Source: Monocercomonoides exilis PA203 | Lineage: Eukaryota > Protista > Preaxostyla | DNA length: 64,000 bases | NCBI GenBank assembly: GCA_001643675.2 | Contig: LSRY02000011.1 | Location: 1,426,001-1,490,000, forward strand | Direction of reading: 5' to 3' | In this document: positions 22,913 through 34,249 of the stretch, in pieces | Layout: every line of letters begins with the position of its first letter | How positions within the stretch are numbered: position 1 is the stretch's first letter | Made by a program: the position numbers and the translations under genes | The notes under the pieces: generated by a model | Told to the model about the DNA's origin: nothing | Databases searched by the model: none | The model's input: the letters and a program-made list of their open reading frames with translations, nothing else

Positions 22913-25900
22913 TTATTCCTTCTTTGTTATGTTTGATTGATCTTTCACTGTCCCACAATTGCATTCACAAATGACCAAAGGCTCATCACCTGTCAGCCAT
23001 CCGCTCTCCTTCTCACCATCTTCAGACCCTCCATAATCAACAGCATCTGAAATCGTCATGATCAATGCTCCAGGAGGGAATCGCTGGATGAACTCTCTCT
23101 TCATATCCACAAGACTCATCCTTTCATTTGGCTCTCCTTGCCAACACTTGCATATCGCCTTTTTCAATGAACACTCACCCAAACTTTGAATAGTCGGCCT
23201 CTCCCCATTCACAATCTTATCTCCAGCAATCGTTGCCTCATATTCTCCAAACGGGATCTGGAGCGTCAGGCACTCACACAGCATCATCCCAATCGAGAAT
23301 GCCGCCGACTCCTTTGTTGCTTCCATCTTCTTGTTCATCTGCAGCTCAGGCGCCTTCCACCTCAAACACTCTTTTTTGAAACTATCTTCTTCCTCAAATG
23401 CTGATGAGGGCAGGGAGTCGCTTTCATCATCATCACTGGCAGATGTTACAACTGTTGATGAAGAAATAGATGAGGAATCAGAGTCATCTGAAGAACAGTC
23501 CGAGTGCAAGGCAATGCAGATGACCATATGTTCCGAGAACAGCACAATGTGTGGGCTCAGATTAGCCAGCGAAAGCAATTCTTTTTCTTCATCAAATGAG
23601 TGGAGTGCTCCATTCGCCACCCAGAACAGGATTTGGGCAGCTGTCATTTCTCTCTCCTGGAGAGTGCCTATTGCCATCTCTTTTTTCTCATTTCTTCCGT
23701 GCAGCAGCATGAACAGAGAATCCCTCAGATCCACAATCAGCTTCTCATGAGGAGATGAACAGGCCATGGCATCCACCAGATTGGACATGGACGAGGTGGT
23801 TGGGCACAGATCCTCCCCGCGAACAAAAGTTGAATCTGAGTCTGTTGTTGAAGTGGATGTGACCGATGGAGATGGTGTTCTCTTTCTCGTCTCCTCCTCT
23901 TCATCCACTTTCTCCAGCACCCATTGAGGAATCTTGTCTGAATCTCTTCCCAGGATGTATTCAGTGGAACCACTTTCAGAAAGAAGGTGCTCTGATGATT
24001 CGGAATGTTCCATATTCGTCTCATATATTCTCTTCTTCATCCTCTCTTCATTCTTCTTCTCTGCTTCTCTCTCTGCTCTTCTCCACTGCTCCTCAGGCGA
24101 CATCTCCATCGTCACCATCTCAATCAGCTTCGGATCCTTCTTCACTGTGTCATTCACAATCACTTCCAGCTCTTCAGTCCTTCTCTTTTGCTTTCTCCAC
24201 CTAATAGTCACAGCAACAATTATCAACAACAAGATGATAAATACAATGCAAGAAACGACAATTATAATCCACAATGAATTGACTCCTTTTCCGCTTTCAA
24301 CAGATTTTTCATCTCCAATTGATTTGGGCTCGCTTCTATTCTTCAATATGAACGATTCTGTTTTTGATGGAAACGATGGATTTCCAAACAAAACATGCAC
24401 GCTCACCTCAATTTCGTCTCCGCAACTGCTGATGAGATCTTTTGCAACACTCCCTTCAACTTCTCTTTCTGACAAGAATCCACTTGAATCAAAATCATGT
24501 TTTTCAATCTCCTTCTCATCTCCCTTTCTCTTCACAACTGAGAATGACATATTGCATGGAACAAGAAGCATCCCTTTGAATGTCAACTTCATTCTTTCTG
24601 TCTCTTCAATTGCTTCCACACTCTCCAACACAGGAATGAAGAATGATGAATCCCTTTCTGAAACAATCCCTTCAAAACTGCACCCTTCATTCAACATCCA
24701 AAGTGAAGTGTTTCTTTCCCATCCATCTCCTCCTTTCAAACTCATCACATTCAATGTTCCTGAATCTGAACAGATCACATTCCTTCTCAATGATGGATAT
24801 CCTTCAATTGAGGGATTATTGTCAATGAACTCTCCTTTTTCAATATTTAAATTGCCTCCTCTCATTGTTATTCCACCTTCTGATGAATTCGATAATGTCG
24901 AATCTTTCATCATCACTGAACTCTTCACAACATCCACAAGAGATCCTTCCCATCTGCACATCTCTTCTTCTGTATTTGAATTCTTTTCATTTCTTTCCTT
25001 TGAACTCCCATCAAAAATGCAACTGTCCATTTTCACATCTGTGCAATCCTCCACTTTCATCAATTTTCCTTTTGCTTTGTTTGAACTGATTCCATATGTT
25101 GTGCAATTTGTCAATTGCACCGTCTTTTTCATTTCCAAGCAAGATATCAATGATTCTTCATTTCCCTCAACTGTGATATTTTCTGAATGAAACTTTTCCA
25201 TGTTTAATTGCCCACATTCAATAATTTCAACAAGCGAGTGAGAAACTGTTGAATTACAAATCATTAACGAATCAATTGATGATGAAAGTGGAGATGAAAG
25301 AGATAATGCAGATTTTTGAAGAATAAGATCTGAAATTGTGCATCCATCAAGTTGCAATTCTCCATTTTCAATATTTATAAGATGAAATGGAATGCTTGCA
25401 AGTTCTGCATTTCCTTCTTCTATTAATCGTTTTGTAGTGAATGAGCAATTCACAATTTCAAGAATTCCTCCCTCTGGTGATATCAGCGATTTATGTAAAG
25501 AGATGAAATTCGAATCAAATACAAAGTTCACCCTCATCAATGAGACTGTTCCAGTTGTTATCACCAATGCCCCTCTTGCTCTTGAAATTCCTGATTTCAC
25601 TTCAACTTCACACATCTCTCTGCTCTTCGAACTCAGGCTCATCTCATCCAGATTCATTTCTCCACCTATCATACTCTCTTCAATAACAATCATCACACTC
25701 ATGAAATCTGAAGTCAGATGCGTCAGGCCATAATCAATTGAATCACATGGAAGTATGTTTGTTCCACATTGCCTCTCATCCGATCCATTCACACTGCTCA
25801 CGATGATTGTGTCGCTCTGATGAATCGTCACGAATTCAATCAGATTTGTGTCGTCCTTATATTCACAGTCATCTCTTCCATATATCGCATTAATTCGTGA

Positions 25901-28900
25901 ATAATGATTCTCTCGAAGATCAAATTGGAATTGCCTTTCATTGATCTGAGATGTAATGTTGAAGCATTCAATGAAAATATCATTCCCCACTTTAGCTGTG
26001 TTCGCATTGAACTTCATTCCCACAAATGTGAAATTGAGAAACCCTCTTTCCTCTGTTGCCAAATATACTCCTCCTCCTTTCCCTGAACTAAGGCTGCAAC
26101 TGCAATGACTGATTTCGGACTTAATCATCTTCATTGATCCAGATGCACCTAACGTGAAGAATATTGCCCCTCCTTTTTCACTTGATTCTGCTTTGTCTTC
26201 TGTGATGTTGCTCGAATTCACAACCAAACAAATCTTATTCTCACTCTTTGACTCCAAAATGCTTGCTCCATTGTCACTTCTCTTCACTCCTGAAAATGAC
26301 GAATTATCAATGTCGAGACTCATTTCCTTACCCACTTCATTTATCTTCAATCCTGGTTCAGATTCCTTGATTGATAAAATACATCCTCCACTTTCATTCA
26401 ATGATTCCACTCGAACATTCACCAAATGGCAAATAATTCCAGAATCATGAATGACAAAAATACTGTTTCCAACATTGCACGATTCCATCGACAAATCATT
26501 CACTTCCACACTTCCTCCAATCACATCCACAAATACACTATCAAATCCATTATTCACTTCTGCTTCTGAATGGAATGAACATTCACTTATCATCAATTCT
26601 CCATTTTTGTTTGAAATAATTGTTTTGGCTGAGTCGTCAAATCCAGATGTCAGTTGCAGTTGGATATTTGTCAATTCAAAATGATCATCATTTTCTATAA
26701 AATATTCCAATTGATTTCCAACTGCCTTTTCAAATTTCAATATCGCTTTCACATTCTCTTCTCCCATCGATGAAGATTTTTTGATCTGATAATTGGATAG
26801 GTCATATGAATCTCGAATATCAGTTGATCCTTCAATTTGAATTGTTTTATTTCCTTCTCCGTCTTTCATGTTTTCCATCCCTTTCCACATTGTAAAACAA
26901 GGCTCTTCCTCGCTTCCACAACGTGCAACATCAAATCCTTCTGTTGAGATAAATATCTCAATTGAGCTGTATGGAATCAGAAACATGAATAAATCTTTGT
27001 TTGAATGAAAGTCATCACTCCCTACAAACAAATTGTTATCATCTTTCATTGATGTGCAATCAAACTTGAATGACTCATTTGTCACAGTTGAATTAAAATC
27101 CTTACCCAAAATGAATGCATTCTTTCCAATGGCTGCATTATTATTCTCAAAAATTACACCAGCATCAAAAAGAAATGGCTTCTCATTCAAACAATTTTGG
27201 CAATCCAAATACAAGAATCCTCCTTTTCCATTGCTTGATGAAAGCGAACAAGATGAAGCATTTGTTGATTTCATCACCAATTCTTCATTCCCTTGCAATG
27301 TCACTTTTGCAACGCCTCCTTCTTCACCACTGCCCTTGTTCACAATGTTTGAAAAGTTGTTGCTCTCAAATACAACAGAAGAAGCCATCACTAATGGTGA
27401 TTTGACAAATGAAGATCCTTTAAAACTGCATCCTTTCAATGTGCAACTTCCAGATGTTGTGCATATCAACGAGTATTGAATGGCCGTTGATGATTGAATT
27501 TCAAATAAACAGGCTTCAAGTTGAAGATTTCCTCTCGATGATATCAAAGAATTCATATTTGGCTCAAATTGACTTGGGATCTGCAACTTCAAAGATAGCA
27601 AGTCGAGTGAGACAGTTGATGAAATAACAGATGAAGTTGTTGCAGAATCTCCATTGATAGTCCCTTCAAAATGAATTGGCCTGTGTTTAATGGCATCCGC
27701 CTCATTCACACGCCCATCAATCACAAGTGCATCTTGAAACGAAAAAATATTTTCAATTGTCCCTTCATCTTTCACTTTAACTTTCCTTTCTCCTTCTGTT
27801 CCACTTCTGTCAATGCGGTCAATTCCACTTTTCATCGATTGACATGGGAATATTTCGCTTCCACATCCCAATGTGTCATGCCCACCAGTCGATACAGACA
27901 CCTCCATCCACTTCAAAGAAACAAGAAACACTCGAAGATCCATTTCCACATATTTCATATCTTCCCCGACAAATGCATTCCCATCCTCCTTGTAATCAGA
28001 ACAATCAAATGCAAAACGCTCCGTGTTAACAGTGTTCACCAGATTCTCACTCATCACAAATATGTTCTTCCCAACAGTTGCCCTGCACTCCGAAAATGAT
28101 ATCGATGAGAGCTGAAACCCTCCTTCATTCAAACTGCAATCCAGATATATCCCTCCACCTCTTCCTCCGAAACTTGCATCCTCGCTCACACAACAGCTGG
28201 ATAAAGTGGAATCACACACTGAAAACGTATTGGCAGAGGTAGATGAGGTGAATGAGATGCACCCACCATTGGTGGCAGTCTGTTGGTTTTGTGGAGCTGA
28301 GTTGATGCTGTTCATTGTGCAGTTGGAGAGGGAGAGGGAGAGGGCAGGGGAGGTGGAAGAGGAGAGGACACAGCTGGCGGGGGAGGCTGTGGAGGTGATG
28401 TCGGTGATGTTGGAGGAGTTGAGGGTGAGTGGAGCAGTGAGGGAGGTGAGGTGGAAGATGCTTTGGCTGCTGAGGGGGAGACTGGTGATTGCTGTGTGGT
28501 TGAGGGCGAGGGAGCCAGCAGTGAGGAAGAAGAGGGGTGTGGTGATTGGTGATGAAGATGAGGTTGTTCCAGTGATGGTGATTGTGTTGAGGTTGAGGGA
28601 AGGGGAGTTATCGGAAAGGTGGAAGAGGATGGGGGTGATGGGATTTGAGGAGTTGTGGACGATGGCGAGGGCAGAGACTGTGAGGGAGCCCTGGGTTTGT
28701 TGGAAGAGGGCAGAAGAGGCAGATGGATCTGGCGAAGGAGTTGTTGATAATGATGACAAGGATGAAAATGATGAAAATGATGATGTTGATTGTGATGACT
28801 GTGAATATGAGATTGGTGGTTGGGGAATGCCGCTGGAGGCGATAGTGGTGGCATCTGTGCCATTTCCTATGATTTTTGTATTAAAAGCAAGGAAGATAAG

Positions 28901-30979
28901 TGCCTGGATGGGAGCAAAGGTGGATTTGAGAAGGATGAGGGAGGCATCTCGGAGGAGGGCGAAGCCACTGAGGGTATATTCGATGGTGGCACATGGGCTT
29001 TGATGTGTTTTGCCACATGCATCAATGTCTGATCCTCCATTTGCAACGATTTTATTTCGGGCAATGAGAGGGAGCCAACTGTTGAATGTTTCGTTATCTG
29101 CAGTTCCACAATTCCAAACTCTTTTTGATAGGGTTGTTGATCTGCAATTCTCGAATGGAGATTGTGTGATGATGTTTCCACTGAAGTACACATCATTCCC
29201 CTTGCCATTAGAAGCGATGTTGTCATCGAAGAAACAGAAAGTGATGTATTTCATTCCATTCATCCAGTTATATGTTGAATAAAGATTAATGGCAGCACCT
29301 CCATAATGTGTTGAGGCAGTCAATATGTTGTTTACGAATTGGCAATCATTGATTAAAAACTTGTTTGGCTTGTAACTTGGAGGATTATAAAACGTTAGAG
29401 AACCAGCAGCATCACCACCGGAATTTGAGATGCACTTGCATTTAGAAAACAAGAATTGGCAAGTTAAATTCATGTAATAGATGGCAAAAAACCAACCAGT
29501 TCCGTATGAGTCTGTAATCGAACAACTTTCGACTTTGTTTTCAGTGAACGAATAATCAGAATTAGTTTGATTGCAATAGACATAAGCAGCTCCTCCATTA
29601 GCAGCTGAACAGCTTGTGAAATTGGATTTTGTGATGTTTAACTTTAACGAAAGATTACAATATAACGCTCCACCATGATCGCTGGTTGAACAATTGCTGA
29701 ATGAGCAAGAAGCGATTGTGAGATTTGCATTTGCACAATAAACACAAAGCGCACCACCAGATGAAGAGCCACCATTAGAATCATTCCATTCGCACCATTC
29801 AAAGAGATAGCTATTCAAATCAGTAAAGGACAATCGACTTAATTTCTCTCTGTGAGTTTCATTTCCAATATGAACCACAGGAGCATTTGATGAAGAACGT
29901 GTTTGGTGGAGAAAAGAGGTGTTGAAGGCAGAGAGAGAAGTGGAGGGGCTGTTGATGTTGGGGAGGATGGCACCATCGATGGGGTTGTGGGTGCGGATGA
30001 AGATGGTTGAGTGGATGGAGAGGGATGAGTGAAAAGAGAAGGAGGGGATTGTATTGGTGTTGATGTTGGTGGAAGAGAGAGAAGAGGAAGAGGTGGTTGA
30101 GATGAATGAATTGAGTGAGTGGGAGGAAAGGGATGGGAGAGATGAATGGGATTGGGGAGATGAGATGTTGGAGAAGAGGGAGTTTGAGAGATGGAGATGG
30201 AGGTGGATTTGGAGGTGGGGATGGGATTGGTCATGGTTATGGAGAGGGGAAGGGGAAGGGAAAGGGGAAAGGGAAGGGGAAGGTGAAGGGGAAGAAAAGG
30301 AAGAGGAAGAGGATGAGGGTGAGGAAGATGAAGGAGAAGAGGAAAGGGATGGAGAAGGAGAAGGGGATGGGGAAGAGAGGGAAGAAGAAGAGAAAAGGAA
30401 AGGCTGGATGAGGGGGATGAAGGAGGAGAAAGAGGAGCGGGAGATGGAGAAGGAGGTTTGGATTGGGGAGTGGGCGTCTGGGAGGAGATTGTTTGGGGTG
30501 GAGAAGAGGGGGAAGTAGAGGATGGCTGGTTGGTGGGTGGTGAAGGAGAAGTTTGTGAGGGCGATGGAGGAATGGGCAGAGACGAAAAGTGGATTGTTTG
30601 TTGCTGGATGGATTTGACAAGTGGAGGAGCAGATGGAGGCAGCGGAGTGGTGTTGGGCAGTGAGGAGTGGACAACCGGTGAGGGGGATGATGTTGAGATG
30701 TGTCACACACAAGGAGGTGTTGATGATATTTAGACTTGATTGAGTACTGCAAATGCATTTGTCAACTGCATTTTCATTTTTTGCTGCATAAATGCCATTT
30801 TTATTGTAATATTTGTTGCTGTGTGTTTCAATACTTATCGTGCTTTTTGGCATCTCCCAATTCATTTCTTGTTGATTTTGTTTTTCAGCAATGCCTCTGC
30901 CATTGCAGCAATTTGCAACAACTAACACCAGAGCAACAATATTGAATTCAACTTTTGCGCTGGTTGAGAACCTCGCCAT
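22913..30979 (-). CDS. Giant single-pass receptor-like protein: signal peptide, Ser-rich segment, GGA(I/L/V)-repeat beta-helix-like ectodomain, TM helix, cytoplasmic degenerate TKL kinase domain
   Basis: Intronless 2724-aa ORF (22913-31087), likely start MARFSTSAK at 30979 followed by a hydrophobic stretch. Repeated GGALC/GGAAY/GGGIY/GGAIF motifs, TM SLWIIIVVSCIVFIILLLIIVAVTI-RWRKQKRR, and LRWKAPE / FSIGMML-E-LT..PF / CW..P.ERM motifs. Confidence 0.88.
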   Translation of the reverse strand: MARFSTSAKVEFNIVALVLVVANCCNGRGIAEKQNQQEMNWEMPKSTISIETHSNKYYNKNGIYAAKNENAVDKCICSTQSSLNIINTSLCVTHLNIIPLTGCPLLTAQHHSAASICSSTCQIHPATNNPLFVSAHSSIALTNFSFTTHQPAILYFPLFSTPNNLLPDAHSPIQTSFSISRSSFSSFIPLIQPFLFSSSSLSSPSPSPSPSLSSSPSSSSPSSSSSSFSSPSPSPSLSPFPSPSPLHNHDQSHPHLQIHLHLHLSNSLFSNISSPQSHSSLPSLSSHSLNSFISTTSSSSLSSTNINTNTIPSFSFHSSLSIHSTIFIRTHNPIDGAILPNINSPSTSLSAFNTSFLHQTRSSSNAPVVHIGNETHREKLSRLSFTDLNSYLFEWCEWNDSNGGSSSGGALCVYCANANLTIASCSFSNCSTSDHGGALYCNLSLKLNITKSNFTSCSAANGGAAYVYCNQTNSDYSFTENKVESCSITDSYGTGWFFAIYYMNLTCQFLFSKCKCISNSGGDAAGSLTFYNPPSYKPNKFLINDCQFVNNILTASTHYGGAAINLYSTYNWMNGMKYITFCFFDDNIASNGKGNDVYFSGNIITQSPFENCRSTTLSKRVWNCGTADNETFNSWLPLIARNKIVANGGSDIDACGKTHQSPCATIEYTLSGFALLRDASLILLKSTFAPIQALIFLAFNTKIIGNGTDATTIASSGIPQPPISYSQSSQSTSSFSSFSSLSSLSTTPSPDPSASSALFQQTQGSLTVSALAIVHNSSNPITPILFHLSDNSPSLNLNTITITGTTSSSSPITTPLFFLTAGSLALNHTAITSLPLSSQSIFHLTSLTAPLTLNSSNITDITSTASPASCVLSSSTSPALSLSLSNCTMNSINSAPQNQQTATNGGCISFTSSTSANTFSVCDSTLSSCCVSEDASFGGRGGGIYLDCSLNEGGFQLSSISFSECRATVGKNIFVMSENLVNTVNTERFAFDCSDYKEDGNAFVGEDMKYVEMDLRVFLVSLKWMEVSVSTGGHDTLGCGSEIFPCQSMKSGIDRIDRSGTEGERKVKVKDEGTIENIFSFQDALVIDGRVNEADAIKHRPIHFEGTINGDSATTSSVISSTVSLDLLSLKLQIPSQFEPNMNSLISSRGNLQLEACLFEIQSSTAIQYSLICTTSGSCTLKGCSFKGSSFVKSPLVMASSVVFESNNFSNIVNKGSGEEGGVAKVTLQGNEELVMKSTNASSCSLSSSNGKGGFLYLDCQNCLNEKPFLFDAGVIFENNNAAIGKNAFILGKDFNSTVTNESFKFDCTSMKDDNNLFVGSDDFHSNKDLFMFLIPYSSIEIFISTEGFDVARCGSEEEPCFTMWKGMENMKDGEGNKTIQIEGSTDIRDSYDLSNYQIKKSSSMGEENVKAILKFEKAVGNQLEYFIENDDHFELTNIQLQLTSGFDDSAKTIISNKNGELMISECSFHSEAEVNNGFDSVFVDVIGGSVEVNDLSMESCNVGNSIFVIHDSGIICHLVNVRVESLNESGGCILSIKESEPGLKINEVGKEMSLDIDNSSFSGVKRSDNGASILESKSENKICLVVNSSNITEDKAESSEKGGAIFFTLGASGSMKMIKSEISHCSCSLSSGKGGGVYLATEERGFLNFTFVGMKFNANTAKVGNDIFIECFNITSQINERQFQFDLRENHYSRINAIYGRDDCEYKDDTNLIEFVTIHQSDTIIVSSVNGSDERQCGTNILPCDSIDYGLTHLTSDFMSVMIVIEESMIGGEMNLDEMSLSSKSREMCEVEVKSGISRARGALVITTGTVSLMRVNFVFDSNFISLHKSLISPEGGILEIVNCSFTTKRLIEEGNAELASIPFHLINIENGELQLDGCTISDLILQKSALSLSSPLSSSIDSLMICNSTVSHSLVEIIECGQLNMEKFHSENITVEGNEESLISCLEMKKTVQLTNCTTYGISSNKAKGKLMKVEDCTDVKMDSCIFDGSSKERNEKNSNTEEEMCRWEGSLVDVVKSSVMMKDSTLSNSSEGGITMRGGNLNIEKGEFIDNNPSIEGYPSLRRNVICSDSGTLNVMSLKGGDGWERNTSLWMLNEGCSFEGIVSERDSSFFIPVLESVEAIEETERMKLTFKGMLLVPCNMSFSVVKRKGDEKEIEKHDFDSSGFLSEREVEGSVAKDLISSCGDEIEVSVHVLFGNPSFPSKTESFILKNRSEPKSIGDEKSVESGKGVNSLWIIIVVSCIVFIILLLIIVAVTIRWRKQKRRTEELEVIVNDTVKKDPKLIEMVTMEMSPEEQWRRAEREAEKKNEERMKKRIYETNMEHSESSEHLLSESGSTEYILGRDSDKIPQWVLEKVDEEEETRKRTPSPSVTSTSTTDSDSTFVRGEDLCPTTSSMSNLVDAMACSSPHEKLIVDLRDSLFMLLHGRNEKKEMAIGTLQEREMTAAQILFWVANGALHSFDEEKELLSLANLSPHIVLFSEHMVICIALHSDCSSDDSDSSSISSSTVVTSASDDDESDSLPSSAFEEEDSFKKECLRWKAPELQMNKKMEATKESAAFSIGMMLCECLTLQIPFGEYEATIAGDKIVNGERPTIQSLGECSLKKAICKCWQGEPNERMSLVDMKREFIQRFPPGALIMTISDAVDYGGSEDGEKESGWLTGDEPLVICECNCGTVKDQSNITKKE

Positions 30980-31749
30980 GTAAGAAGATGAAAGAAAAAA
31001 CTGAAAATAAAAATTCTTGCACCCAATATATTTGCCAGATTCATAAAAAATATTTTTGTTGAACACGTTTAAAGAAGAATTTTTCATATTCTTTAAAATG
31101 AAAATTATTTATTGCAACTTCATGTTTCAAATATTTGTTTGTATTTGTTTTTGCTTTGTTTTTGAAAATCATGTTTAACTTTGAAAAATATTTGTTGAAA
31201 TTTCTTTTCAAAAAACATTTATTTTTGAGTATCGAAATACCAATAATTTTTAAAAAGCTATTAAATCAATTGACAGATTGAAACTTTTCATTGTTAAAGG
31301 TGAATGAATCGCTCTCCAAAGAAATTTCTTTTTAGACAAACGAAATGTTTCATGTGATTGTTTTTTGATAAGCAATAGGGGATAATTATAATTATAATTT
31401 TAATTATTGTTTTGTTTTGCGTGTTATATATATAGATATATATTTTAGAATTATGTTCCACTCAATTATTTCTCATATTTTTTTTTTTATTTGTTTTTAT
31501 TTTCTTTTTAATCGTGCGTGGGAATGAAAGACTTAATATAATTTGATGGAGAAAAAAATTGGAACAAATCGTTGAATTTTTCAAAAGAGAAAAAATATTG
31601 CTCCATTAAAGCAAAGCAAAATTTCATCACTCCATTAATACACAAAAGAAACACATAAAACAACTCTTTCCATGTATTATATTCATAATTTCAAAGAGCC
31701 TTAACGAAAATGGTTCAGCCTTTTCGACAAAAAATACAAACAAATTGGG

Positions 31750-33560
31750 TTTCGGGTCTTCAAACTTTGCATAGTAATCATTTCGCATTTGAAGCGCTTT
31801 CTCAACTGTCTCATTATCACTTCATGATTCTTTTTTTGTCCTTTTTGAGTTCCGCACTTCTCCGTTTGGTTCCCTTTCATCTATTTCAGAGAACTCATCA
31901 AATGCGACAACTTCCTCGTCCTCTGCAAACTTTCTCATTTTAAGTTTCGCTCTCAGCCACATTTGCTTCCGAACACCAAAGTTATATTTGTTTTCACCCT
32001 CTTCGTGCATTCACGCAAATCTCAACTCTAAATTCCCGCGTTTTCTTCCATAAAAAGTCAAAAAAATCTTAAAAGCATCAAATGGAACAATTAAAGAACA
32101 ATGCAAAAGCCAAAATGCAGCTTGATTGAACCATCCAGCTTCAGCGGGACAAGAATCAAAAATGGAAGCACAATCACACTAGCGCCTGCCAGTCCAACTA
32201 AAATAAGCGCTTTGTCAGTGTGTGTCTATGCTTCTCCAAATTTTCTATCACAACAGAACATGACAAAGAAGCGAGCACAGATGATCAAAATACTCAAAAT
32301 TGGCAGCATAAATATGTCGTGCCATTCATGTGATGTCAAACTCACTAAAACTCGATAAATGTGTGCTGTTTAACATCATGCAATGCATTTTGCGAGAAAA
32401 AAAAAGAAAAAGAAAAGAAAAGATTAATTATTGGTCATATGGAATTCATCAGTCAGATCAAACCGTCTGTTTTCAGTGAAGCAATCACGAAAAACATCAG
32501 CATAACACCAGCTGAAATGACATCCAACAGCAACTCCGTGTATTTGAAAATGAAGCTGCCTGTTCATATTCACTCACCAATATTGCAACAAATATCAAAG
32601 CAGTAAGTCAAAAAATACGGCCATATGAACAGAAATATTGGAATGTGCTTCCAAAAATAATCGAAATACACCACAGTCAATTGAATCACTCCATTGACAA
32701 TGCTCCACAATTTGTTTGAATATTCGCACTTTTTCACACACGAAATGAAATAATCAACAAAACAATACGATCCAATCAGAAGCATTGAAAATGTCAAAGT
32801 GTCTGCAAATGACTTTTTGGCAGCTTCTCCGTTCACTCTCACTCGAAAAGCAATTTTAATGTTCCTCAAGAAAATGAGCAATTCAAGCACTAACAAAAAT
32901 ATACAGCCATGAATCGCAAAATTGAACAAATCGATGTTTTTTTTAAGTCGTTTTTTTCAGCTTTTTCTAATTTTCCCCAGAAATCCGTGGAAAACCTTGC
33001 ATGGACGCCAGCTCTTTGGATATTCTTAATGCAACAGAGAACTTTCACACAAAACTCATAAATTAAAGTTAAATAACCAGTCAAAGAAAAAAAAGTGCTC
33101 AAATTATTCATCACGCAAACTGTAATGTGTCTTTCCATCCATTTGCGCTCACCCTGTATTTGTAGCTCTCTTCCCAGTCTTCTTCAGAATTTGGCAGAAA
33201 TTTGGTAATGCCCTGAAATGCATTTTCTGGTAGAAGGCAAATTTTGTTCATGAAGGGAATTATCGCTCTGCACTTTATTCTCACACGTCTGTTCAACCAG
33301 TGGGAAGAGGAAATGCGAAGCGTCAAATATTGTTTCCTTCTTTGTTAAAAAATGAAAAAACAAAAAATACAAATTCTTCCGTGTGCGTGAGGAGATTGAA
33401 TTGGAGATTCACCTGCAACAACGAAGGAATCGTAGGGCAATTGCATTTTCCAAAGATTCTATTTGCAATTATCGACAAACAAATACGACAAATATGGTTT
33501 CATCAAAAAATATGGGACGAGATTTTTTGCTTTATGAATTTTGTTCCGCACAATCTTTTC
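31750..33560 (-). pseudogene. Possible decayed multi-pass membrane protein gene
   Basis: Chain of short minus-strand ORFs in shifting frames, including the hydrophobic 32570-32929. No recognisable family. Confidence 0.3.
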
Positions 33561-34249
33561 AAAGATTTTCCTCAACTTTTTAATATTTAAATATTTTATT
33601 TTACATGGGAAAGTTAGAATTGCAAGTATTCGATACAGAAATAGTGGAACAAATCATCTATTTTTTCATAAATGCAAGAATTCTGACCCATATTGAAAAT
33701 ATTAACTCAAACATCTTCAAAATATCATCGGGAAGGCTGCCCCAATAAATCGATTCCAAAACATAAAATATTGCAAATGAAACACATCCACACCTAAACA
33801 TGCATCTGCAGCACGCTTGGAAGAGCTTTATCTCCTTTTCATGAAAAACAATAATTTCAATTTTTGGTTTTATGGAATTGAATTTGGTATTATCATTCGA
33901 TTTTTGCTTTTCTTATAAAATTTAATTGAAAAAAATATTTCCCCGGTCAAATCAAAGTGATTGCATTTGAGCATGACAACCAATGATTCAATGGATAAAT
34001 TATTAACGAATATCAAACTATTTGTGTCAAATCAATTGGGATAACAATCCAAAGAATCTGAAACTTTATAAACAATGGTTGCTCTTTCAGAACGAAGCTA
34101 AAATATATTCAAAAAAATATTGGATAAAAAGCAATTGATTACTATTTGTTTGTTTTGAATTTTCAAAGAATCCCATTGAAGAATAGAAATCGTGAAAACA
34201 TTTTAAAAATTATTCAACAATCAAATTTAACCGTGTATAACTAATTTCT

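Noticed and set aside
23934-25190. 418-aa + strand ORF antisense to the receptor gene
   Set aside because: In-register antisense shadow with no motifs.
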